Positions 36,303 to 44,672 of a stretch of DNA of 64,000 nucleotides are shown here, one piece after another (the stretch's first letter is position 1; every line of letters begins with the position of its first letter). This stretch comes from Bacillota bacterium (GTDB taxonomy: Bacteria > Bacillota > Clostridia > Christensenellales > CAMQZB01). Location: the NCBI GenBank assembly GCA_044426085.1, contig JAWXUU010000001.1, positions 15,084 to 79,083 on the forward strand, in the 5' to 3' direction. The notes under the pieces are model-generated. The model saw only the letters and a program-made list of their open reading frames with translations, did not search any database and was not told where the DNA came from. The position numbers and the translations under genes were made by a program.

Positions 36303-36791
36303 TTAACCTCTTTCCCAAAGAATGTTTTCTATTTCTTTTTTCCCTACAGTATAGGTCATGCTTATTTTATTGTATTTACTAGATTTTTGCGGTAGTATTA
36401 ATCTAACTTTCACTTGCTTGCTAGACTTTGCATTAACATCTATTGTATATATATCATCATACTTAAATTGACCAGCATATTTTGTTCCTGTTTCCGCATC
36501 TTTACAACTTATTGTATCATATTTGCTTTTCGTCAAATACAATTTGCACTCAATTTTTTCAATGATACATGCTACGTTTTTTTTGTTTATGATGCTTACT
36601 GTAAAATATCCATATGAATTTTTATCAAACCCACCTTGTCCATCAAACACAATATCATCAACAACAAAATCCTTATTTGAAATTTTCACTTCAACCTTGC
36701 CACAAATTGCTTTACATAGTAATATAACTAGTGGAATTAAACCTGTTATTGCTGCAACCAAACCTGTTATTGCGATAATTACATCAAACAT
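36303..36791 (-). CDS. Single-pass membrane protein of unknown function (162 aa)
   Basis: N-terminal TM helix VIIAITGLVAAITGLIPLVILL, then a beta-rich domain. The start abuts the SNF2 stop, with a GAGGTGGA RBS. Confidence 0.55.
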   Translation of the reverse strand: MFDVIIAITGLVAAITGLIPLVILLCKAICGKVEVKISNKDFVVDDIVFDGQGGFDKNSYGYFTVSIINKKNVACIIEKIECKLYLTKSKYDTISCKDAETGTKYAGQFKYDDIYTIDVNAKSSKQVKVRLILPQKSSKYNKISMTYTVGKKEIENILWERG

Positions 36792-39434
36792 TTATTCCAC
36801 CTCTAATACAAACTGTCTTTCGATTTTAACAGAAAGGTTTCCACTGCTCAAAAAGCTATCTATTTGCTCTTCAAGTTCAATATCCAACTTCATTTCATTG
36901 AAAAATTGGCTATCTTTTAATTTTGCGATATCTTTTCTCAGCAAGTTCAATTTCCTTTCAAGTTGCATTGTTTTCATTCTATCTTTTGTGACTTTTGCAA
37001 GCTCTTCTTCCATTTTTTTGATTTCTAGCTCTAAGTCGCCCATAACACGTGTTTGCTCTGCCTTTTTAGCAGAAACTGCAAGTTTCATTCTTTCGATTTC
37101 TTCTTGCTTGAACTCGCTTATTTCCGACTTATATTGCGTGATGATTTCATCTTCAGAAACCATGTTATCCAATGGATGTTTTTTGCTTGCGCTTTTCAGC
37201 CACTTTGGCGATTGTTTTTCGCTTTGAGTGAAATCAGCAACAGGCATTTCCATGATAGCTGCGCACTCTTTATTGCTTAAAATTTTATCTTCTTGCATAC
37301 CGACAAATTCTAGTTGTTGCTTCACTAGCGTTGTTTTGTCATACACTTCTACGTTATATAATGCAATCTCACAAGGTGGCACACCCGTTATAGTGCACAA
37401 CGCTCCGCTTTCTGCGCAAGTTATTTCGTTTATTATTCCCCTACCAATTATGCTTGTTAAAGTTATTTTGCCATTATATGGCTTGAAATCTTTTGCCATT
37501 CCATAACTTTTTTGACTGAAATACTTCCTATTTCTTCCGCCACTCCAATAATAAAACAAGACTGGTAGTTTTTCATATTTCGTTGCTGTTATGGTCTTAT
37601 TATCTTCATCTATTTCATAATAGCAATCGTCATTGCTTTGGTTATATTGCCTGAAATAATGCTTTGCGATTTCCCAAAGGTCGTTTTCTATTTGTTTTGA
37701 TTTTTCATCTATGTATTTAGGAGCAATTTTGACTTTGTCATACACATCTTTTGTGAAAGTTGTAAACAATATGTTTTCCGTTTCAGAAACGAGTTCTTGA
37801 TTTTCCTCTTGGTTTTCCTTTAGCATGCTGAGGTATTCATCTTCAATTTGATATGCTGTGCGTTTTTCTATGTTTGAAAGCGCCTCTTCGATATCACCAG
37901 TGAACCCTCCAATGATTTTATCAGAAAGACCAAACACACCATCAGATACCAACATTCTTTTATTTGAAAGTTCAAGTTTGCGAACATCGGAAAAATTATT
38001 AGCATCCACAAAAGCTATGTTTAACACGTCGTTTTGTTGACCTAGTCTGTGGACTCTGTTTATCCGTTGCTCCATTTTGAGTGTGTTATACAACAAGTCA
38101 TAATGAATCACTACACTACATTCTTCAAGATTGAATCCTTTTGCGCCATTGTCGGTTGAAATAAGTATTTCGCCACTGTCTTTAAATCGCTGTATTGACT
38201 GATAATCTGTTGTTCCACCATATAGTTCAGTGTTATATTTTTCTGCTAGAATAGCATAAAGATATTTTTGCGTTTGCACACTTTCTGTGAAAATAACAAT
38301 CTTTCTTTTTGCATTAGTTTCTTTTTGGTGCTTGAAGATTTTTTTAATTACTGCAATCAGACATTTCGTTTTTTGATCGATTGAGATTTCTTCGCACAGA
38401 CTTTTCATTTCAGAGAAATACACAAGTTCATCTCCTGCATTGTCACTGCTTGCTAGACGCTCGATAACGCCATTTATTGTCTGCAATATTGCTTTTGTTG
38501 AAGAACTTTGCAAGCCTAGCAATCTGAGCGATAAATCGTATTCGTTCATTTCGGGAAAAGCCACTTTATTTTCTTTTTTGCAATATTCAAACAGCATATC
38601 ATATATTTTACGCTCTTTTGGCGATTGCGCATATTCTATTGCTATGTTATTTCGTCTTGTGACTTTTGCATATTGTTTCGCTTGACAGCGCAATGTTCTA
38701 AAACAATATTTTTTTACTCTGTTTGATAGCTCAGGATAGTTTTCAGGTTTACGAAAATATCTTTTCAAAAACTCTTGCTCGTTTTCAAGTATTGAATTAT
38801 CTATAAAATATATCAATCCATAAAGGTCCATTATATTCTTTTCGATTGGTGTTCCCGTGAGCAGAATTTTGAATGAACCTTGTGCGATTTCATAGAGCTG
38901 TTTCGCATTTTTACTTTCTTCTTTATAAACTGGACTGAGAGCATTGGCTTCTTCAAAAATAGTCATATCCCACGATATAGATTTCAGTTTATCCGCATTT
39001 TCAACGGCGAAATCATATGTTGTTAAGACTATTGCTCCATTATCAAATGGGTTACTGCAATCATCACTTAAACAAGAGTGATATTGCTCTTTTGTTGCGA
39101 TAATGTTATAAGGAAAAGAATAATGGCGCTCAATTATATCAGCCCATTGCGATAACAAATCTTTGTTTGGTATCGCTATCAAAATTCGGCTTCTACCTTC
39201 ATAAAAGCACTGACTTGCAACAATCAATGCTTCATGTGTTTTGCCCATGCCACTTTCATCACATAAAATCACGCCTTTTTGATATGGCGATTGATATGCG
39301 AACCTCGCTGCCGCTATTTGAAATGGGTATGCTTTTATATCAGATGCAGAGAAAACTGGTGCAAAATCATCCTTATCATATAAATTTTCAAGCTCTCTAG
39401 CTTTACAGTAAACATGAAATGCCGTTTTTTGCAT
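36792..39434 (-). CDS. SNF2-family helicase with a long C-terminal extension and coiled coil
   Basis: DESGMGKTHEA (I), LLTGTPIEKN (III), GAKGFNLEE (V) and QRINRVHRLGQ (VI). Motif II reads IFEEAN instead of DEAH/DExH. ATG 39434 is preferred, with an AAGGGGAG RBS. Confidence 0.8.
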   Translation of the reverse strand: MQKTAFHVYCKARELENLYDKDDFAPVFSASDIKAYPFQIAAARFAYQSPYQKGVILCDESGMGKTHEALIVASQCFYEGRSRILIAIPNKDLLSQWADIIERHYSFPYNIIATKEQYHSCLSDDCSNPFDNGAIVLTTYDFAVENADKLKSISWDMTIFEEANALSPVYKEESKNAKQLYEIAQGSFKILLTGTPIEKNIMDLYGLIYFIDNSILENEQEFLKRYFRKPENYPELSNRVKKYCFRTLRCQAKQYAKVTRRNNIAIEYAQSPKERKIYDMLFEYCKKENKVAFPEMNEYDLSLRLLGLQSSSTKAILQTINGVIERLASSDNAGDELVYFSEMKSLCEEISIDQKTKCLIAVIKKIFKHQKETNAKRKIVIFTESVQTQKYLYAILAEKYNTELYGGTTDYQSIQRFKDSGEILISTDNGAKGFNLEECSVVIHYDLLYNTLKMEQRINRVHRLGQQNDVLNIAFVDANNFSDVRKLELSNKRMLVSDGVFGLSDKIIGGFTGDIEEALSNIEKRTAYQIEDEYLSMLKENQEENQELVSETENILFTTFTKDVYDKVKIAPKYIDEKSKQIENDLWEIAKHYFRQYNQSNDDCYYEIDEDNKTITATKYEKLPVLFYYWSGGRNRKYFSQKSYGMAKDFKPYNGKITLTSIIGRGIINEITCAESGALCTITGVPPCEIALYNVEVYDKTTLVKQQLEFVGMQEDKILSNKECAAIMEMPVADFTQSEKQSPKWLKSASKKHPLDNMVSEDEIITQYKSEISEFKQEEIERMKLAVSAKKAEQTRVMGDLELEIKKMEEELAKVTKDRMKTMQLERKLNLLRKDIAKLKDSQFFNEMKLDIELEEQIDSFLSSGNLSVKIERQFVLEVE

Positions 39435-39916
39435 TATTTCTCCCCTTTCCATTATTTTATAATCCGTTAAATTATATCACAAAATGTGAAATTGTGCAAG
39501 GCTCTTGTGTTTTTATTTTAGCCAACTACGTTGGGATTCATAAGGTGTTTTCATCTTCAATTTTAGATTTGTCATTTTTTATAGCCATTCCGCCTCCAAG
39601 CCACTTAAAATATAACCAAATTTCTCAAATTCTAAAGAACCATAAAAAATTTTATTTCCGTTTTACTTCAATAAATTTTTTTATTATCGTTTGTGCGATT
39701 TCTTGATAATTCAATAAATTCAGTTCTATTAGTGGCATAAGGCGACGGAACGGCTCGAAAAAAGCGATAAATTTATTTCTAAAATTGAATATTTCAACTA
39801 AGTCAATATTTAAAATTCAAGGCTTCAGGAACTCTCTAAAAAAGCAATTTTGAGTTTTGAGAATAAAAGAACTGCAAGGTGGTGCATAGGAACTACCGAG
39901 CGGAAAGGAGGAACAC

Positions 39917-40030
39917 ATGGAAAAAGCAAGAGCAAAGGCAATAGCCACACTTCAAAAGCATGGCTACCAACTTCCAACAGAATGTCAAATTTCACACTAC
40001 ATTCTATTTGGAAAAATCAAACATATATAA
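39917..40030 (+). CDS. Possible small ORF (37 aa)
   Basis: AAAGGAGGA RBS 6 nt before the ATG: MEKARAKAIATLQKHGYQLPTECQISHYILFGKIKHI. Below the track cutoff. Confidence 0.3.
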   Translation: MEKARAKAIATLQKHGYQLPTECQISHYILFGKIKHI

Positions 40031-40107
40031 GACAACCAATTTACTTACAACAGCCAATACAAGAGAAAGCCTATGATTTCTCTTATTATATCACTACGGA
40101 GGACACA

Positions 40108-40326
40108 ATGCAAGCAAAAAGACCTATCGTGAAGTTTACAAGCAGTGGTGCAAGTGGTAACATCTATCACATTCTAGCACTTTGTAGCAGAGAACTTCAA
40201 AGACGATATCGAATAACAGACTACAACATAATGCGTGATAGAATTTTTGAAAGCCAAAGCTATCGAGAAGCTCTAGCTATCGCTAGAGAATACATAGACC
40301 TTATCGACGTCGATGGGAAATATTAA
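40108..40326 (+). CDS. Hypothetical small protein (72 aa)
   Basis: ACGGAGGA RBS before ATG 40108. The track ORF from 39850 is an unsupported 5' extension. Confidence 0.5.
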   Translation: MQAKRPIVKFTSSGASGNIYHILALCSRELQRRYRITDYNIMRDRIFESQSYREALAIAREYIDLIDVDGKY

Positions 40327-40336
40327 GGAGTAGAAC

Positions 40337-40552
40337 ATGAACATATATTCAGTAAATATAAGGTTAATTTTTGGCAAATGGACAAAAGGCAATGAAAGTT
40401 GCACTCACTATTGTGTCACAAGAGATGGAAAGTTGGTCATGGACTGCACGAGTGATGACATATCCATGAGTTACGAATTAGCTGAACGGTGGGAAAGTCA
40501 ATACAAATATATGCTAAAAGATATCATCGAAAGCATTTATATCAGTTATTAA
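40337..40552 (+). CDS. Hypothetical small protein (71 aa)
   Basis: AAGGAG RBS, 10 nt after the upstream stop. Confidence 0.5.
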   Translation: MNIYSVNIRLIFGKWTKGNESCTHYCVTRDGKLVMDCTSDDISMSYELAERWESQYKYMLKDIIESIYISY

Positions 40553-40603
40553 AAGTTAATCAGAAGTGGGGAACTTTCCCCACACAGACAAAAGGAGTAA
40601 ATT

Positions 40604-41245
40604 ATGAAATCACACATTGGAAAAACATTTAACAACAAAAACACACAATATACAATTCTTGAGCAAGTTGTGATAAATGACTGCGATAAATACACAGTGT
40701 CACTGCTAATCAGAAACAACGTTGATTTTCCTTGCTTTGTGATAGCACAAGGCTTGAACCTTACAACGGGCGAATGGGACAGCGGAACTTATCCCGACAA
40801 CATGGAAGATGCGTTCTTTGCAATGGAAGCGTATAGAAACATATCAAGGAAAATATCAAAGATAACTGCCCCATCACTGCAACATTTTGAAATGCTATGC
40901 ACGTCGATGACAAAGCCTAGCAGCGAAGCAATCGTGAGAGAACTTAGCAAGCAATACGAAAAGAAGCAAGCTATCGAAACTCTTATCAATAAGGCAAATT
41001 TGCTTGGCGAACTGTACAAGGATATTAGTTTTAAAGATTTATCTATTTTGTGTTCTTTCGCACATGATGTGTGGCTAAAATCAGAAGAAGTAGCACTTGT
41101 TGATGTGACTGACTTCATCGCTTATCTCATCAACGAAGAAACTGCAACTATTGATACAATTGTTAGTTGCTGTAGGCATGAGTTTGGATGTGCAGTTCTC
41201 AATAAAGATTACAACATCGAAGATATCAGAAAAGTCAATCAATAA
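40604..41245 (+). CDS. Hypothetical protein (213 aa)
   Basis: AAAGGAG RBS. No recognisable motifs. Confidence 0.6.
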   Translation: MKSHIGKTFNNKNTQYTILEQVVINDCDKYTVSLLIRNNVDFPCFVIAQGLNLTTGEWDSGTYPDNMEDAFFAMEAYRNISRKISKITAPSLQHFEMLCTSMTKPSSEAIVRELSKQYEKKQAIETLINKANLLGELYKDISFKDLSILCSFAHDVWLKSEEVALVDVTDFIAYLINEETATIDTIVSCCRHEFGCAVLNKDYNIEDIRKVNQ

Positions 41246-41287
41246 TTTAAAGCTGTGCTATCGGCATGACGGGCGAAGGGGAATCAT

Positions 41288-41551
41288 ATGAAAGTTACAT
41301 TACAACCGAACCAAAGGTTCATGGCATTCGAAGATTACAACACTGGCTTGGTAAAGTTTTTCAATGTGCTTGCTGAAGCAAAGGCTTGGGCGAAAGAGCA
41401 ACGTGCAAAGAACAAGGACTTACTTACACCTAGCAAAAAAAAGGAATTAAAAACCAACTATGAAAACATCATCTACGTTGATATCGTAAACATCAATAGC
41501 AAAGGATTCTATGACCTAGTAGACACGGTTTGGGATTGCCCATTGTTTTAA
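41288..41551 (+). CDS. Hypothetical small protein (87 aa)
   Basis: GAAGGGGA RBS. Confidence 0.55.
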   Translation: MKVTLQPNQRFMAFEDYNTGLVKFFNVLAEAKAWAKEQRAKNKDLLTPSKKKELKTNYENIIYVDIVNINSKGFYDLVDTVWDCPLF

Positions 41552-41563
41552 GGAGGAGCGAAG

Positions 41564-41719
41564 ATGAAATTTTATGTTATTAAATATGAAAATGGCGAAG
41601 TCAGACACGGCGAGTTCCGAGATTATGCGGACGCACTAAACTACGCAGAAAGCAGAACTGGCGGATGGGATTTTGAAATAAAAGAGTATGACGATTACGA
41701 AAATTATGAAGATGAATAA
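41564..41719 (+). CDS. Possible small acidic protein (51 aa)
   Basis: AGGAGGAG RBS: MKFYVIKYENGEVRHGEFRDYADALNYAESRTGGWDFEIKEYDDYENYEDE, followed directly by a terminator. Confidence 0.45.
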   Translation: MKFYVIKYENGEVRHGEFRDYADALNYAESRTGGWDFEIKEYDDYENYEDE

Positions 41720-41726
41720 AAAGAAG

Positions 41727-41767
41727 AAAAAGAGAAGCGCCGATCCGTTGGATAAGCTTCTCTTTTT
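41727..41767 (+). terminator. Rho-independent terminator, copy 1 of a duplicated about 40-nt element
   Basis: aaaagagaagc-gccgatccgttggata-agcttctcttttt. Confidence 0.7.
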
Positions 41768-41777
41768 ATGTTGCAAT

Positions 41778-41829
41778 AAATTTGTTATCAAACTATTGAC
41801 AAACGATAACAAATTTGTTATCATATAAT
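41778..41829 (+). promoter_or_regulatory. TA-module promoter with operator repeats
   Basis: TTGACA (41796-41801), a 17-nt spacer, then TATCAT (41819-41824). aaatttgttatc occurs at 41778 and 41811. gataacaaatttgttatc (41805-41822) is a perfect 18-bp palindrome across the spacer and -10. Confidence 0.6.
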
Positions 41830-41846
41830 AAATTAGGAGGAAGTAT

Positions 41847-42212
41847 ATGTACGAGATTATTTTCTACCACTCAAAAAACGGTACATCTGAAATAAAAGAC
41901 TATCTTGATGAGTTAGGACGAAAAGCCGAAACAAGCAAGACTGATAGAGTCAATAAGACAAAGATACTTTCGTATTTGCAAGCTCTATCGCAATACGGAA
42001 CAAGAATAGGACAGCCAACAGTCAAACACATCGAAGGAAGCATATGGGAAATTCGACCGCTGAAGAACCGCATATTTTTCTTCTATTGGAAAGATAATAA
42101 ATTTGTATTACTACATCACTTTATCAAAAAATCTCAAAAGACACCGCCAAAAGAGATTGATCAAGCAAGATTAAAACTAAAAGATTTTTTAGAAAGGAGC
42201 AAGGAGCAATGA
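41847..42212 (+). CDS. higB: Type II toxin, RelE/ParE superfamily (HigB / Gp49-like)
   Basis: IWEIRPLKNRIFFFYWKDNKFVLLHHFIKKSQKTPPKEIDQA is the typical Gp49/HigB pattern. 4-nt overlap with the downstream HTH gene. Confidence 0.75.
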   Translation: MYEIIFYHSKNGTSEIKDYLDELGRKAETSKTDRVNKTKILSYLQALSQYGTRIGQPTVKHIEGSIWEIRPLKNRIFFFYWKDNKFVLLHHFIKKSQKTPPKEIDQARLKLKDFLERSKEQ

Positions 42213-42514
42213 GTATCAAAATTAATGGTGAACAATTCACAACGTTATCTGATTACATGAACGATGAAACAAAAGTTAGCAAATCAGAAAAAGCACAAAT
42301 CGAGTTCGAAGCCCAGCTTATTGGAAAATTAATCGCAATAAGAGAACTCAAGGGATTATCTCAAAGGGATTTAGCTGAGATGTGCGGTGTGACACAACCT
42401 GCCATCGCAAGACTAGAAGGCATGAAAAGCACCCCACAAATAGACACACTTTTTAAAGTCCTAAATCCTCTTGGATACACACTATCTATCACACCAACTC
42501 AAGAAAATATTTAA
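42209..42514 (+). CDS. higA: XRE-family HTH antitoxin (HigA-like)
   Basis: LKGLSQRDLAEMCGVTQPAIARLEGMKSTPQIDTLFKVLNPLGYTLSI. Confidence 0.75.
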   Translation: MSIKINGEQFTTLSDYMNDETKVSKSEKAQIEFEAQLIGKLIAIRELKGLSQRDLAEMCGVTQPAIARLEGMKSTPQIDTLFKVLNPLGYTLSITPTQENI

Positions 42515-42520
42515 AAGCAT

Positions 42521-42562
42521 AAAAGAGAAGCGCCGATCCGTTGGATTGAGCTTCTCTTTTTT
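42521..42562. terminator. Terminator between convergent genes, copy 2 of the duplicated element
   Basis: aaaagagaagc-gccgatccgttggattg-agcttctctttttt. Confidence 0.7.
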
Positions 42563-42573
42563 AAATGTTATAA

Positions 42574-42834
42574 TCATTTTTTTGTATTGTTTTGGATTTC
42601 CCTAATCAATTCATCATAATCTTCCTCTCTTATTCCAAGATACTTTGCTCTGAGATATTTCGCTTGAGCATCTGAAATTTCCCTTCCCCAAAAGGCACTG
42701 TTTATTGACCCATAAACTTCATCATAAAGGCAGTCGAGATACAACGGCTTATCTATCAAGCCTTGCTTGAGAGCATCAATATCCTTTTGAAGAAATTTTG
42801 GCAAATTCACTTCCAAGTATCCTATATCTTCCAT
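42574..42834 (-). CDS. Hypothetical small protein (86 aa)
   Basis: GGAGG lies 6 nt before ATG 42834. Confidence 0.5.
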   Translation of the reverse strand: MEDIGYLEVNLPKFLQKDIDALKQGLIDKPLYLDCLYDEVYGSINSAFWGREISDAQAKYLRAKYLGIREEDYDELIREIQNNTKK

Positions 42835-43154
42835 TGTAACCTCCATTGTTATGAGCTTTATTATCGCCCTATTTATTATAATGATTATATGATATTTTTA
42901 TAAGTTTGTCAATGCCATTAAGCAAACACTTGAATGCTATAAATAAATTTTTTGCAATCTTTTTTCTTGTGTCTTTAGTTTTTTGGGAACTTTTTACTAA
43001 AAAAGTTCTAACTTTTTCCACTTAATTTTACCCCGAAAAATTCAGTATTTTTATTATAGTGACTATTGCAGACACCGCTTGCAATATTTCAATTTACCAC
43101 TATTTTACCTTGTTTAAAAGGCTTATTTTTATAATTTAGTCTGAGCAGGATAAG

Positions 43155-43266
43155 AACTGCTGTCACTTGTCATTTAAAAATGCCACTTTCCCCTTATAAA
43201 TAAAGGGAAAGAAGGTGACAGCAGTTGCTTTTTTGCATATGCAGGGAAACCTGCTATGCTTTTTGC
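43155..43266 (+). other. Two consecutive hairpin-plus-U-tract structures in a 450-bp non-coding gap
   Basis: aactgctgtcac...(inner stem ctttccc/gggaaag)...gtgacagcagtt then gcttttttg. This is followed by gcatatgcagg-gaaa-cctgctatgc and ttttt. Confidence 0.4.
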
Positions 43267-43297
43267 TAAAATTCAGTCCCATTTATTGGAATTTTCT

Positions 43298-44017
43298 TTA
43301 TGCTCCTACCTCAGTTAAGTCAACCTCGCAATACATATCTTGTATTTTAATCTTAGTGATTTCATCATCACCCCAATAGCTATCGTTGTTCAAATCCATA
43401 TATTCAATTTGTTTCGCTGCAAGTCCATCTTCAAAATAAAACTCATTTTTCCACATGTAATATCCTTGATAGTCACCGTAGATTATGTAGTTGTGTGTTT
43501 CTACAAAGTCAAGCGTTGACTCCACCACTGTGTTATATGAACTTGCGTATGTATAGAAATCATCGTTTGCACCACTATCTAAAATGAATGCGATTTCTGT
43601 TGAATGACTTCCCCAACAATAGACAGAATACGTTCTCCATTCATCGTTTGGAATTTGCTCTATTTCAGTGTAAGTATACATTTTATCTTCTTTATAAGCA
43701 CTCCAATAAATTATTTTTCCATCATCTCGATACGCTACATACGTGAGATATAAATCATCACCATATGAAAGCACTTTGGTAGTTTCCGTAACTTTTGTTT
43801 CAACATATCTATCGTAAACGATGTATCTATAATTATTTGCCTCCTCTGTTTTAGACCAATAGAAATCCATAAAATACTGCTCATGCTCTTCTAAAAAATC
43901 CAGTTCTTTCTCTTTAAAAATGTTTGGGAAAAACACTATCAAAATCAGAAGTACCGCTAGCCCCATCCAAATAAATGCACCAATTTTATCAAGTCCACTA
44001 CGCTCTTTTTTACTCAT
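43298..44017 (-). CDS. N-terminally membrane-anchored protein of unknown function (239 aa)
   Basis: TM helix IGAFIWMGLAVLLILIVFF and an aromatic-rich ectodomain. AAGGAGGGG RBS. The size and topology would fit a VirB8/TcpC-like component, but no motif supports that. Confidence 0.55.
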   Translation of the reverse strand: MSKKERSGLDKIGAFIWMGLAVLLILIVFFPNIFKEKELDFLEEHEQYFMDFYWSKTEEANNYRYIVYDRYVETKVTETTKVLSYGDDLYLTYVAYRDDGKIIYWSAYKEDKMYTYTEIEQIPNDEWRTYSVYCWGSHSTEIAFILDSGANDDFYTYASSYNTVVESTLDFVETHNYIIYGDYQGYYMWKNEFYFEDGLAAKQIEYMDLNNDSYWGDDEITKIKIQDMYCEVDLTEVGA

Positions 44018-44254
44018 TTTTTGCCCCTCCTTGTTGTCACTTTATCTGCTTAAATTATACCATAATATAGGCATTTTTGACAAGTATAAACACAAAAATG
44101 AGCCACAAAAAATGAGCGCTTTTACGAAAAATTCTGAAGAAATACTGGATGTATTTCAAAGAATTTTGCAGAAAAATAAGCCACTTTTTGTGGTTTAGGT
44201 TTGGGTTTAGACTTGCCCAAAATGCCTGAAATTAAAAATACAATGTAAACGTAC

Positions 44255-44284
44255 AAAAAACTGCCCTTTGCAAGGCAGTTTTTT
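44255..44284. terminator. Hairpin terminator downstream of ssb
   Basis: aaaaaactgcc-ctttgcaa-ggcagtttttt, with A/T runs on both sides. Confidence 0.55.
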
Positions 44285-44310
44285 CGCACTTTTTACAGTG
44301 TCTTTTCTAG

Positions 44311-44646
44311 CTATTTTGCTAGGTCTTGTGGACGTTTTTTCATATCCAAATATTGAATTTCTTTGATTGTCATTTTGTCTGAATAGACATTCTCGCCCTC
44401 TTTGTTCTTGTAATTATTATTTGTGATTGCACCTCGCACAGATACCCTAGAACCTTTTTCAAGATACTCCGCAGCGTTCTCCGCTTGCTTACCCCACAAA
44501 TCCATGTTTGCAAATGTTGGGTCTTTATCCTTTCCATTGTCAAATGCAAGTCTCATCTGACAGAATGCAAGGTCACCCGTTTTTGTCTTTTTCTTTTCGA
44601 CACTCAAGTCTTGAGTAAGTCTACCGATTCCAGTTACTTCTAACAT
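44311..44646 (-). CDS. ssb: Single-stranded DNA-binding protein (OB fold only, no acidic tail)
   Basis: MLEVTGIGRLTQDL...LWGKQAENAAEYLEKGSRVSVRGAITNNNYKNKEGE. Ends ...KKRPQDLAK. Confidence 0.75.
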   Translation of the reverse strand: MLEVTGIGRLTQDLSVEKKKTKTGDLAFCQMRLAFDNGKDKDPTFANMDLWGKQAENAAEYLEKGSRVSVRGAITNNNYKNKEGENVYSDKMTIKEIQYLDMKKRPQDLAK

Positions 44647-44672
44647 AATATTGCCTCCTTTTGGCTTTTTAT

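Noticed and set aside
39850-40326. 158-aa track ORF.
   Set aside because: The 5' 86 codons have no RBS and overlap a separate RBS-preceded mini-ORF. A strong RBS precedes the internal ATG at 40108, so only 40108-40326 is kept.
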